Origin: Myxococcota bacterium
GTDB taxonomy: Bacteria > Myxococcota > Myxococcia > Myxococcales > Myxococcaceae
Direction of reading: 5' to 3'
DNA length: 48,039 nt
NCBI GenBank assembly: GCA_046725335.1
Contig: JBKOYI010000109.1
Location: 1-48,039, forward strand
Shown here: piece after piece, positions 35,778 to 44,601 of the stretch
How the letters are laid out: the number at the start of each line of letters is the position of its first letter
Numbering within the stretch: position 1 is the first letter of the stretch
Position numbers and translations under genes: made by a program
Notes under the pieces: model-generated
Databases searched by the model: none
What the model saw: only the letters and a program-made list of their open reading frames with translations
What the model was told of the DNA's origin: nothing

Positions 35778-37757
35778 ATGAATTCCCGTTCGGGCCTGGT
35801 GCTCTTGCCGGAACGTTCCGGCGCACGCGACCGGGTCAAGCAAGCACTCCAGGAAAGCGGCATCGAGCTGTGGCCCTCGGCGCTGGCCAGCGAGGCGGAC
35901 TACGTCGTGGTCGATCTCACCGCCCCGGGCGGTGACGAATCGCTGGACCGGCTCCGCCGTTCCGGGTCCCCGGCGGCGGTCCTGGCCCTGGTCGACGCAG
36001 CCGTGCTCCAACGTCGCTCGGCCGCGGGGGTTTCGGCCGATTCCCTCCTCTCCTATTCCGAGCTGGAGCGGGAGCTCGCCTGGCGGATGCAGAAGGCCCG
36101 GGTTCGCCAGGCGCTGGAGCTGCAGAGCCAGGAGCAGGAGCGAAACCTGGAAGTGCTGCTCGAGCTGACCGCCCGCTACGCCGAGAGCGCGGACCTGGAC
36201 GGGCTGCTCTACGACGTCACCCGGCGGCTGGCCGAGACCCTGGACATCGTCCGGGCCAGCCTGGTGCTCCTCGACGGTCCCGAGGTGGGAGTGGTGGTTG
36301 CCGCCAGCGACGAGCCGGGACTCAAGGATCTCCGGATCGACCTCGACCGCTACCCGGAGATCCGGGAATGCGTCCGGACCGGCCGCCCCATCCTGGTCCA
36401 GGACGTTCCCAGCCATCCGTTGCTGGAGGGGATGCACGAGCAGGTGGCCGCCGCGGGCATCCGCTCCCTGGCCACCCTCCCCCTCACGGTGCAGGACAAG
36501 GTCCTGGGAGTGCTGCTGGTCCGTGCTTCCTCGCGGCGTCCGGCTTTGAGCGGGCGGGAGGTGGATTTTCTGGCCACCGTCGCTCACGCCACGGCGGTGG
36601 CTCTGCGCAACGCCCGCGCCTTCGAGACCGTGCGAGGCCAGTCCGAGCGCGAGAAATCGGCCCGCATCGTCGCCGAACGCCGCGCTGCCGAGCTGAAGCG
36701 CTACGAGTCCTTCTTCGCCCACGTTTCCGAGGGAATCGCCATCCTCGACGAGGAGGGGCGGGTCCTGCTGCTCAACCCGGCCGGGGCAGCCTTGCTGGAG
36801 TTGACCCCCGAGAAGGTCCGCGGGCGCCCGATGCAGGAGCTCATTCGAACCGACGACTGGGAGGCACTGGCCAGCGTGCTCGCTGCGGTGGGAGAGGGCC
36901 TCCCCCAGCGTGACGTCGACCTCTCGCTCCGCACCGCCACGGACCGGCTGCTCACGCTGTCCTTCAACGGAGCGCCTCTCCGTGAAGGAGAGGCGGCGGT
37001 CATCCTCAGCTTCCGGGACGTGACCGCTCCCCGGCGTATGGAGAACGAGCTGCGCCGGACCAAGGAATTCCTGGAGAAGCTCATCGACAGCACCGTGGAC
37101 GCGGTGGTGGCCCTGGACACCAGGGGGCGTTTCATCCTCTTCAACAAAGGGGCGGAGGCGCTCACCGGTTACACCGGCCGGGAGGCCATCGAGGGCCTCT
37201 CGGCGGCCAACTTCTTCGTGGGGCAGCACATGCCGGAGGAGCTGCTGATGCGAATGCGCTCCGAGGAGCACGGAGGGCCCGGCCGGCTGGCGCTGACCCG
37301 GCAGGAGATCGTGACCAAGTCCGGCGAGTGCGTTCCGGTCAACATGACCGGGAGCATCCTCTACGAGGAGGACCGGGAAGTGGCGGCGGTGGGCATCCTC
37401 ACCGACCTCCGCGACCGGGTTCAGCTGGAACGTAGGCTTTCCGACGCCACCATTCGCCTGGAGCGCAGCGAGCGCAGCGCGGAGATGATCGCCCTGGCCG
37501 GCACCGCTGCCCACGAGCTGAACCAGCCCCTCACCTCGGTCCTCGGCTACGCCGAGCTGCTCAAGCGCAAGCTCAAGGAGGAGGATTACGCCTGGGCCAA
37601 GGTGGACATCATCCACCGCGAGGCGGAGCGGATGAAGGACATCGTTCGCAAGATCGGTCGCATCACCCGGTACGAGACCAAGGCCTACGTGGGCGAGGCT
37701 CGCATCCTCGATCTCGAGCGGGCCTCCGACGAGGACGGCGCCAGTTCCGAGGGGTAG
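35778..37757 (+). CDS. REC-like / GAF / PAS / PAS / HisKA(DHp) signalling protein without an HATPase_c domain
   Basis: N-terminal receiver-like fold (YVVVDLTAPGG). GAF domain (LDGLLYDVTRRLAETLDIVRASLVLL...LGVLLVRA). Two PAS domains (FFAHVSEGIAILDEEGRVLLLNPAG; LIDSTVDAVVALDTRGRFILFNKGAEALTGY). H-box GTAAHELNQPLTSVLGYAELL. The ORF ends about 55 aa after the H-box, with no N/G1/F/G2 boxes. Confidence 0.85.
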   Translation: MNSRSGLVLLPERSGARDRVKQALQESGIELWPSALASEADYVVVDLTAPGGDESLDRLRRSGSPAAVLALVDAAVLQRRSAAGVSADSLLSYSELERELAWRMQKARVRQALELQSQEQERNLEVLLELTARYAESADLDGLLYDVTRRLAETLDIVRASLVLLDGPEVGVVVAASDEPGLKDLRIDLDRYPEIRECVRTGRPILVQDVPSHPLLEGMHEQVAAAGIRSLATLPLTVQDKVLGVLLVRASSRRPALSGREVDFLATVAHATAVALRNARAFETVRGQSEREKSARIVAERRAAELKRYESFFAHVSEGIAILDEEGRVLLLNPAGAALLELTPEKVRGRPMQELIRTDDWEALASVLAAVGEGLPQRDVDLSLRTATDRLLTLSFNGAPLREGEAAVILSFRDVTAPRRMENELRRTKEFLEKLIDSTVDAVVALDTRGRFILFNKGAEALTGYTGREAIEGLSAANFFVGQHMPEELLMRMRSEEHGGPGRLALTRQEIVTKSGECVPVNMTGSILYEEDREVAAVGILTDLRDRVQLERRLSDATIRLERSERSAEMIALAGTAAHELNQPLTSVLGYAELLKRKLKEEDYAWAKVDIIHREAERMKDIVRKIGRITRYETKAYVGEARILDLERASDEDGASSEG

Positions 37758-37978
37758 TCAAATGACGGACCCCTGCGGTTGCCGTCCCGTGCGAAAAATG
37801 TCCAGGGGTTGCGCGTACTTCCCTACCCGGTTCCTTGACAGATTGCGCAGCCGACGACGTAGGATGCGAGGACACGGTTGATCCACACCAAGGCAATGCA
37901 CAAACCCTGGAGCTTCCAGGGTCTCGGCCATCCATCGCTCCTCGCGGTGGCTGACGCCGGCCATCTAGGGAGGCATCG

Positions 37979-38713
37979 ATGAGCGTGGGGTTCTTGTCCC
38001 GTCTGACGCTGCTGGCTGCCGACGTCACCAGCTCGGGCTCCTTCTTCGACCAGCTGGCTGCGCGTTTCCGGGCCGGCAAAGCTGGCATGTATCCCATCGC
38101 GATCTGCGCCGTGGTCGCCCTGGCCATCGTCATCGAACGGGTGGTCGTGCTTTTCTTCTCGGCGCCCATCAACAAGGACGGGTTCCTCCGCGGGCTGAAG
38201 AAGCACATCTACTCCGGCGACCTGGACAAGGCCATCAACTACGTCGCCGGCCAGAAGAACACCCCCCTCACCAACGTGGTGAAGGCTGGGCTGATGAACG
38301 TGCCCAAGGGGGAGGAAGAGGTTCAGGCCGCGCTGGACGAGGCCAGTCTGCGGGAGACGCCCAAGCTCGAGGCTCGAACCGGGTATCTGGCCATGCTCGG
38401 AAACGCGGCGATGCTTCTCGGGCTCCTCGGAACGGTGAACGGGCTGATCCAGTGTTTCGAGGCGGTGGCCCACGTCAACCCCGCGGACAAGGCCACCATC
38501 CTCTCCCAGGGCATCTCCGAGGCCATGAACTGCACCTTCTTCGGACTGCTCGTCGCCGTCCCGGCGCTGATCATGTTCTCGGTGCTCAACGGCCGGACTC
38601 AGAGTCTGATCAACGACGTCAACGAAACCAGCGTCTCGGTGCTGAACCTGGTGGTGAACAATCGGGACAAGTTCAAGAACCTGAACGTCTCGGCTGGTCG
38701 CGACGAGGACTAG
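37979..38713 (+). CDS. MotA/TolQ/ExbB-family proton channel
   Basis: GGGAGG SD upstream. Three TM helices. Contains the conserved LGLLGTVNGLIQCF and GISEAMNCTFFGLLVAVPAL. Confidence 0.92.
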   Translation: MSVGFLSRLTLLAADVTSSGSFFDQLAARFRAGKAGMYPIAICAVVALAIVIERVVVLFFSAPINKDGFLRGLKKHIYSGDLDKAINYVAGQKNTPLTNVVKAGLMNVPKGEEEVQAALDEASLRETPKLEARTGYLAMLGNAAMLLGLLGTVNGLIQCFEAVAHVNPADKATILSQGISEAMNCTFFGLLVAVPALIMFSVLNGRTQSLINDVNETSVSVLNLVVNNRDKFKNLNVSAGRDED

Positions 38714-38756
38714 TTTTTCCTAGCCACCCCGAACCGCAGGACGCGAGGAGCGACGC

Positions 38757-39239
38757 ATGGCTGGCGGGATGGACCTGGGTGATTCCAAAGGCCCCAAGAA
38801 GCCTTTGGACGCCACCATCAACCTGGTCCCCTTCATCGACCTGATGGCGGTGACCATCAGCTTCCTCATCATGACCGCGGTGTGGACGCAGATTGGCCGG
38901 CTCCAGGTGGCCGGCGGTGGCGGCGACGGCGACCCCACCCCGGAGAAAGACGACAAGACCGTCCCGGTGACCCTGCTGCTCTCGGAGAAGGAGCTCCGGC
39001 TCACCGTGGGGACCACCGCCTTCGAGCCCATTCCCGCCACCCGCGACGCCAAGCAGCAGCTGGACTTGACCAAGCTCACCGCCCGGTTCAAGGACGTGAA
39101 GGAGAAGCTGGGGCCTGACCAGACCGCCATCACCGTCCAGACCGAGGACGGCGTGCGCTACGAAGACTTGGTCCACGTCATCGACGAATGCATCGGCGAT
39201 GGCTTCCCCTCCGTCTCGGTCGCGCCGGTGAATACCTGA
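38757..39239 (+). CDS. ExbD/TolR-family protein 1
   Basis: INLVPFIDLMAVTISFLIMTAVW is a single TM helix with the conserved Asp. Followed by a periplasmic alpha/beta domain (AITVQTEDGVRYEDLVHVIDEC). Confidence 0.9.
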   Translation: MAGGMDLGDSKGPKKPLDATINLVPFIDLMAVTISFLIMTAVWTQIGRLQVAGGGGDGDPTPEKDDKTVPVTLLLSEKELRLTVGTTAFEPIPATRDAKQQLDLTKLTARFKDVKEKLGPDQTAITVQTEDGVRYEDLVHVIDECIGDGFPSVSVAPVNT

Positions 39240-39254
39240 GGCGCTGAACCCACC

Positions 39255-39827
39255 ATGGCCATCGAGACACCAGGCAAGCGGTTCGGCAAGCGGCTCCGGC
39301 GGTCGAAGGTCTTCGGCCACGGCCATGTCTCCAAGAAGCCCTCCAACATCGATCTGTTGATCACCCCGATGGTCGACATGTTCGTCATCATCGTGCTCTT
39401 CCTGATCGCCAACTTCTCGGCGACCGGGGAAATCCTGAACATGACCAAGGACATCCAGCTGCCCACCGCCACCCATGTGGACGAGCTGGAGCTGGCCCCG
39501 GTCATCATGGTCAGCAACGACGACGTCATCATCAACGGCATCTCGGTGGCCCGGGTGGCCGACCTGGGACGCGAGGACTACCTCAGCATCCCGGCCCTGG
39601 AGGAGAAACTCCGCGAGCAGCGCAAGGAAACCGAGGAGCTGCACGCCCTGGCCAACGACGGCACCGCCTTCAAGGGAGTGGTGAACATCCAGGGCCACAA
39701 GGACGTGCCCTTCCGAGTCATCAAGCGAGTGATGTTCAGCTGCCAGTCGGGCGGCTATGCCAACATCAACTTCGCCGTCCTCCGCGGCAGCACCGGCGAG
39801 GAAGGCGAGAAGACCGCCTCCCGCTGA
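39255..39827 (+). CDS. ExbD/TolR-family protein 2
   Basis: DLLITPMVDMFVIIVLFLIANF is a TM helix with the conserved Asp. Followed by a periplasmic domain (VNIQGHKDVPFRVIKRVMFSC). Confidence 0.9.
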   Translation: MAIETPGKRFGKRLRRSKVFGHGHVSKKPSNIDLLITPMVDMFVIIVLFLIANFSATGEILNMTKDIQLPTATHVDELELAPVIMVSNDDVIINGISVARVADLGREDYLSIPALEEKLREQRKETEELHALANDGTAFKGVVNIQGHKDVPFRVIKRVMFSCQSGGYANINFAVLRGSTGEEGEKTASR

Positions 39828-39842
39828 ACCGTCGGCCTTCGG

Positions 39843-40088
39843 TCAGAGCGAGCGCCAGTCCAGTCGTCGGGGCAGCCCCTCCTGGAGTTCGGCCCGGTGG
39901 TAGGCGGTGAAGGCCGACAGCAGATGGACGATCCACCCCAGGAGGCCGGCGCTCCCGATCCACAGCGCCGGGGTGATGATCAGCCAGAACAGGCCTCGCA
40001 GCACCTCCCGGTTGTAGATCTGCCCCAGCCCCGGGATGAGGAACGAGAGCAGGGCGGCGATGGCGGGTCGAGACATGAACGCATCCAC
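39843..40088 (-). CDS. small two-TM membrane protein (PGLGQIYN motif)
   Basis: AALLSFLIPGLGQIYNREVLRGLFWLIITPALW plus a second hydrophobic helix. Lies 8 nt downstream of the YqaA-like gene. The start is either GTG 40088 or ATG 40076. Confidence 0.55.
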   Translation of the reverse strand: MDAFMSRPAIAALLSFLIPGLGQIYNREVLRGLFWLIITPALWIGSAGLLGWIVHLLSAFTAYHRAELQEGLPRRLDWRSL

Positions 40089-40095
40089 TCCTTGT

Positions 40096-40707
40096 TCAAG
40101 TCTCTACGGCGGACGGTTCCGGTGATTGCAGCGAATGGGCATGGGCGTGCCGGAGCAGCCAGCTGCGGACCCCCGGGCCGCCAAACCGGGCCAGACCGGC
40201 GGCCACCGCGAAGCGCACCAGCCGAGCCACCACGCAGGCCGCCAGGAAGGCCGGAATGGGCACGCCGACCAGCCCGCTCCCGATGGTCGCCAGCTTGAAG
40301 GCCGGGGCCAGCATGCAGACCACCGCCAGCGACCACCAGTTCTGGCCCAGCAGCTCGGCGATGGTGCCGTGGACTCCCAGCCGGTCGATGTCCAGCCGGA
40401 CGTTCAGGTCGACGTGGATGAGCTGGAGCCCGTGCTGCATCGCCAACCCGATGCCGTAGCCGAGCAGGCTTCCCAGCACCGAAGCGAAGGTGCCCCACAG
40501 CACCAGGCGGAGCCACCGTTTGGGGTCCGCCACCACCATGGGGATGAGCAGGACGAAGGGGGGCACCGGGAGGAAGGCCGAATCGATGGCCGAGACCACC
40601 ATCAGGGCGCCGAAAGCGGCCGGGGTGTTGGCGTACCACTCCACCCGGGCATAGAGGCGGCCCAGCCAGGCGCGGTAGCGCCGCCACCAGGAAGGTCCAG
40701 AGGTCAT
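40096..40707 (-). CDS. YqaA/DedA-family membrane protein
   Basis: VSAIDSAFLPVPPFVLLIPMVVA and a multi-TM topology typical of YqaA/SNARE-associated proteins. Confidence 0.75.
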   Translation of the reverse strand: MTSGPSWWRRYRAWLGRLYARVEWYANTPAAFGALMVVSAIDSAFLPVPPFVLLIPMVVADPKRWLRLVLWGTFASVLGSLLGYGIGLAMQHGLQLIHVDLNVRLDIDRLGVHGTIAELLGQNWWSLAVVCMLAPAFKLATIGSGLVGVPIPAFLAACVVARLVRFAVAAGLARFGGPGVRSWLLRHAHAHSLQSPEPSAVET

Positions 40708-40790
40708 GCGAGGCCCGCAGCGTAACAGCCCGGGCCGGGTCCGGGGCGTGTGTGGCAGCGGGAGTTCGGGGTGTTAGGTTGCCAGACATC

Positions 40791-41447
40791 ATGACGGCCC
40801 TGGAAAGGGTGGAGCGCTCCGCCGCGGCGCTGAAGGTTTTTCCGCTCCCCTCGGCCGTGCTGTTCCCAAACACTGTCTTGCCGCTGCACATCTTCGAGCC
40901 GCGCTATCGGAATCTGGTGGCCGACGCCTTGGCCAGCGACAAGGTGATGGCAATGGCCCAGCTCGAGCCTGGCTACGAGGGCAGCTACGCCGGCCGCCCG
41001 CGGATGCGGCCGATGGTCTGCGCCGGGCTCATCGCCTGGCACGAGGAGCTGGAGGGCGGCCGGTACAACATCATCGTCCAGGGAGCCGTCCGGGCCCGCA
41101 TCCTGGAGGAGCTGCCCTCGGAACGGCTCTACCGGCAGGTTCGGGCCGCCATCCTCCCCGACGCCGAGTACCACGGGGAAGAGGAGGAGCGGCTTCGCCA
41201 GGCGATGCTCGAGCTGGCGGCGCGACTCCCCCCTCCGGTGGCCCAGGGACTGCTGCAGGCCTCGGCCCGCGCCGGTGGTGGCGCCCTGGCTGACGTGGTG
41301 GCCAGCAGCGTGGTGGCCGACGTGGAGCGACGGCAGGATCTGCTCTGCGAGCTGGACGTGGAGACCCGGCTCCGGGCCGTCCTGGCCGAGGTGAGCGAGG
41401 TGCTGGCTCGGCTGGCCCCGGCCAAGCCCGAAGGACTGATCAACTAG
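40791..41447 (+). CDS. LON N-terminal substrate-binding (PUA-like) domain protein
   Basis: LKVFPLPSAVLFPNTVLPLHIFEPRYRNLV and GRYNIIVQGAVRARI are the standard Lon-N domain pattern. No AAA+ or protease domain follows. Confidence 0.85.
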   Translation: MTALERVERSAAALKVFPLPSAVLFPNTVLPLHIFEPRYRNLVADALASDKVMAMAQLEPGYEGSYAGRPRMRPMVCAGLIAWHEELEGGRYNIIVQGAVRARILEELPSERLYRQVRAAILPDAEYHGEEEERLRQAMLELAARLPPPVAQGLLQASARAGGGALADVVASSVVADVERRQDLLCELDVETRLRAVLAEVSEVLARLAPAKPEGLIN

Positions 41448-41458
41448 GTGCGCGCCCC

Positions 41459-43360
41459 ATGCGACTGGTGAAGGTCGGCCTGGCCTCGGTGAATACGACG
41501 GTGGGGGCTACCCACGCCAACGTCGAGCGCGCCCTGCGCCTGGCCGGAGAGATGGCCTCGGCAGGGGTCACGGTGGCCGCCTACCCCGAGCAGATGGTGG
41601 GGGGTTATCCGCCGGAGGATTTGATCCAGTGGCAGGGCTTCGTCGAGGAGCAGTGGCGAGCCCTCCAGCTCTTCGCCGAGTCGACCCAGAAGCAGCCCCT
41701 GGTCCACGTGCTGGGGGTAGCCGTCATCCACCAGGGGCTCCGCTACAACTGTGCGGCGGTGGTGGCTGGCGGCGTCGTCCGGGGGCTGGTCCCCAAGGAG
41801 AAGCTGCCCACCTACAACGTCTACTACGAGGGGCGCACCTTCGACCGGGGGATCCCCTACCAGCGGGATTTGCACAAGGGAGTGCCGTTCGGCGACCTCA
41901 TCTTCCGCTTCGACTTCGGCGTGCTGGCCCCGGAGGTCTGCGAGGACGCCTGGACGGCGGAATGCCCCATGCGCCGTCGCACCTATTCCGGGGCCGAGCT
42001 GGTGGTGAACATCTCCGGCTCTGTCTTCCGGGTGGGAATCGATGAAACCCGGCGGGAGATGCTCACCACCCGTGCCGCCGACCATCAGTGCACTCTGGCC
42101 TACGTGAATCTGGTGGGCGGCAATGATGGGCTGCTCTTCGACGGGGGCGGCTACCTGTTCCAGAACGGCAAACCGATGCTGGCCGCTCCCCGATGGCGCG
42201 AGGGTTGGGCAGCCACCACGGTCGACCTGGACCGGACCATGCGGCTGCGGAGCGAGAACACCACCTGGCGACAGGACCGGGCCGGCTGGGCCAGTGCCCA
42301 CCCGCCGGTTCCGACCATCGAAATTCCCTCGAGCGAGTTCCGCACCCGCCGCGAGCAGCTCAGCTACCCCGTGCCCGCCCACGGGAGCTTCTTTCTGCCT
42401 GCGCCCGAGCGCCCGGTCTCGGGTCGTGCCCTTTACTGCGAGGACATCCTCGACGCGCTGGCCACCGGCGTGGGCGACTACTTCGAGAAGAACCGGGTCT
42501 TCAAGACGGTGGGGGTGGCGCTCTCGGGCGGCCGGGATTCGTTGCTCACCCTGCTCATCGCCCACCGCTGGGCTGCGCGAGTCAAACCCGAGGCGCCGGC
42601 CTCCCTGCTCCGGGCCTTCTACATGCCCTCTCGCTACTCCTCGGCAGAGACCGAACGGGCTGCCCGGACCGTCTGCGCCGAGCTGAACATCGCGCTGAGG
42701 GTGGTGAGCATCGACGCGGCCTTCGAGCGAGAGCTGGAGGCGGTGCGGGCCATGCTCCAGCCCGGGGAGAACCTGACCCAGCTCACCGAGCAGAACGCCC
42801 AGGCTCGGCTGCGGGGCCAGCGAATGTGGAGCTGGAGCAACTCCGCGGCTGGGCTGTTTCTGCAGACCAGCAACATGAGTGAGCGCTCGGTGGGTTACAC
42901 CACCGTGGGGGGCGACTTGGAGGGCTCGCTGGCGGTCATCGCCAACGTTCCCAAGACGGTGGTGATGTACCTGCTCGATTACCTCCAGGAAGTGCATCGG
43001 CTGGAAGGAATTCGCCTCGTCTTGCAGAAGCCGCCCGGGCCCGAGCTGGCCCCCAACCAGATTGGCGAAGAAGAGCTCATGCCCTACCGGGTGCTCGATG
43101 CCTGCTTTCACCTCTTCGCCGAGGAAAAGCTGCTCCCCGACGAGGTGGAGCAGGCGGTGGCCAGCATGTTCCCCGATCTGCCCCGGGAGGCGGTTCATGG
43201 CTACGTCGCCAAGTTCGTCCGCCTCTTCCTGGCCAGCATCTACAAGTGGGTGCAGGCGCCGCTGTCGCTGCACGTGGGAAATCTGGACCTCGACCGGGAG
43301 CGGGCGCTGCAGGTGCCGGTGGTGACCCAGGCCGACTGGGCGCTCAAGCCGAAGGGGTAG
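41459..43360 (+). CDS. nadE: glutamine-dependent NAD+ synthetase (CN-hydrolase plus NAD synthase domains)
   Basis: Nitrilase-like N-terminal domain (FPEQ-type YPEQMVGGYPPEDL, and CED within EVCEDAW). PP-loop GVALSGGRDS in the C-terminal synthetase domain. Confidence 0.93.
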   Translation: MRLVKVGLASVNTTVGATHANVERALRLAGEMASAGVTVAAYPEQMVGGYPPEDLIQWQGFVEEQWRALQLFAESTQKQPLVHVLGVAVIHQGLRYNCAAVVAGGVVRGLVPKEKLPTYNVYYEGRTFDRGIPYQRDLHKGVPFGDLIFRFDFGVLAPEVCEDAWTAECPMRRRTYSGAELVVNISGSVFRVGIDETRREMLTTRAADHQCTLAYVNLVGGNDGLLFDGGGYLFQNGKPMLAAPRWREGWAATTVDLDRTMRLRSENTTWRQDRAGWASAHPPVPTIEIPSSEFRTRREQLSYPVPAHGSFFLPAPERPVSGRALYCEDILDALATGVGDYFEKNRVFKTVGVALSGGRDSLLTLLIAHRWAARVKPEAPASLLRAFYMPSRYSSAETERAARTVCAELNIALRVVSIDAAFERELEAVRAMLQPGENLTQLTEQNAQARLRGQRMWSWSNSAAGLFLQTSNMSERSVGYTTVGGDLEGSLAVIANVPKTVVMYLLDYLQEVHRLEGIRLVLQKPPGPELAPNQIGEEELMPYRVLDACFHLFAEEKLLPDEVEQAVASMFPDLPREAVHGYVAKFVRLFLASIYKWVQAPLSLHVGNLDLDRERALQVPVVTQADWALKPKG

Positions 43361-43369
43361 ACCTCATGG

Positions 43370-43858
43370 TCAGCGGCGATGCACGCTTCGGTTGCGTCCA
43401 CCCTGCTTGGCCCGGATGCAGGCTTGCTCTGCGGCCTCGAGCAGGTTGCCCCAGGCTTCGCCGGGACGGAGCGAGGCCACCCCCACGCTGACCGTCGCTC
43501 GCACGTCCGGGTCGGTCCGGGCCGCGCTGCGGATCCGATCCGCCAGTGTGCAGGCGCGAGGCAGCGCCCACCCCAGCAGGAGCAAGGCGAAGGTGTCCGG
43601 CCCCAGACGCCCCACCGGCCCGGCACCGTTCCCCTCCCCGGCAATGCGCTCCACCAGCGCCTCCAGACAGGTATCGGCGGCCAGCTCTCCGTGGACGTCC
43701 CGGAGCGACTGAAAGTCGTCCACGTCCACCACCAGGAGGCTGCAGGGTTGGGCTGCCCGTCGGGCCACGTGGACCGCCTCGGCCACCAGCCGTTGGAAGG
43801 CGGGCCGGGTCCAGGAACAGGTCTCCAGATCCAGCTCGGGAGTGACGGTGGCGCTCAT
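43370..43858 (-). CDS. stand-alone degenerate GGDEF domain protein
   Basis: LLVVDVDDFQSLRDVHG, then RLGPDTFALLL where RxGGDEF would be expected, then SVGVA and the C-terminal AKQGGRN. 162 aa with no sensor domain. Confidence 0.8.
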   Translation of the reverse strand: MSATVTPELDLETCSWTRPAFQRLVAEAVHVARRAAQPCSLLVVDVDDFQSLRDVHGELAADTCLEALVERIAGEGNGAGPVGRLGPDTFALLLLGWALPRACTLADRIRSAARTDPDVRATVSVGVASLRPGEAWGNLLEAAEQACIRAKQGGRNRSVHRR

Positions 43859-44478
43859 CGGGCCTCCGCCCCGCTGGCGGCGCGCGTCTTGGCTGAAACC
43901 CGAGCGAACCCGTCGTAGTGGCGGAGTGCGGCCTCTCCCACCATCTGGATGTGGTGGTTGTTGAGCCAGGCCGTGACCGGCGCGGCCACCAGCGGCAGGG
44001 CCCGGCCCAGAGAGGAGAACCCGCCGCGTTCGGCCAGGACGGCGGCCACCTTGCCCAGCACTTTCGGACCGGCCCGCTTCAGGGGACCGACGCCGTTGGC
44101 CTCACCCAGGACATCCAGAAGCTCACTGCGGGCCCGGTCGAACTTGAGATTCACCCCGTGGGCCGTGGCGATGTCGGTCAGCAAACGGATCTGCAGCCAG
44201 GCCATGACCACGAAGTCGGCCGGCACGCTGGCCAATCCGAAAACGCCGGTGATGCTCCCTGAGAGCGCGGCCAGGTTCTTGGCCGAGTCGAGGGAATGCT
44301 GGCCCAGCTGGCGCGGAAGCGCCCCCGGGTGTCTTTCCCGGGCCCTGGCCACCCGCCGCTTGGCGCGCTTCGCCTCCAGGGCCACCACGTCCTGGAGCCG
44401 CAGACCGGAGAGCTTCTTCAGCTCGGACGGGCGCAGCTTCCCGAGGAAGGCCAAACGTTCGTGTTGGAAGAGCGCCAC
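43855..44478 (-). CDS. hypothetical protein (possibly EcsC-like)
   Basis: Coding-like ORF whose stop overlaps the GGDEF gene start (ATGA). The segment SGSITGVFGLASVPADFVVMAWLQIRLLTDIATAHG resembles EcsC-family proteins, but the assignment is weak. GTG 44478 has AGGA about 10 nt upstream, and the track start at 44562 is possible. Confidence 0.5.
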   Translation of the reverse strand: MALFQHERLAFLGKLRPSELKKLSGLRLQDVVALEAKRAKRRVARARERHPGALPRQLGQHSLDSAKNLAALSGSITGVFGLASVPADFVVMAWLQIRLLTDIATAHGVNLKFDRARSELLDVLGEANGVGPLKRAGPKVLGKVAAVLAERGGFSSLGRALPLVAAPVTAWLNNHHIQMVGEAALRHYDGFARVSAKTRAASGAEAR

Positions 44479-44601
44479 GGGTGAGGATCCTGTCAGCGGG
44501 CGACGCCTCGAGCAACACGCGCTTGGGTGTGCGCCAGCCTCCTTCGAAAACGCTCGCCACACGCTTGGTATTGCGTTCCGAGGCCGGTCGTGGCAGCCGA
44601 T

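Noticed and set aside
37758-37964. 68-aa minus-strand ORF in the sensor/exbB intergenic region
   Set aside because: It is short, has no SD, has mixed codon character, and overlaps the putative exbB promoter and leader hairpin.
41037-41052. Additional sigma54 -24 boxes (TGGCAC at 41037 and also near 6665, 17614, 24845 and 31374)
   Set aside because: None has GC at the -12 position with GG-N10-GC spacing, and most are inside coding sequence.
41444-43273. 609-aa minus-strand ORF
   Set aside because: It is antisense to nadE and has no motifs.
43765-43772. Second parS candidate (CCACGTGG core)
   Set aside because: The flanks (GGG...ACC) do not match GTT...AAC, and it lies inside the GGDEF coding sequence. 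Other CACGTG sites (for example near 9735, 10430, 29511 and 43271) also lack parS flanks.
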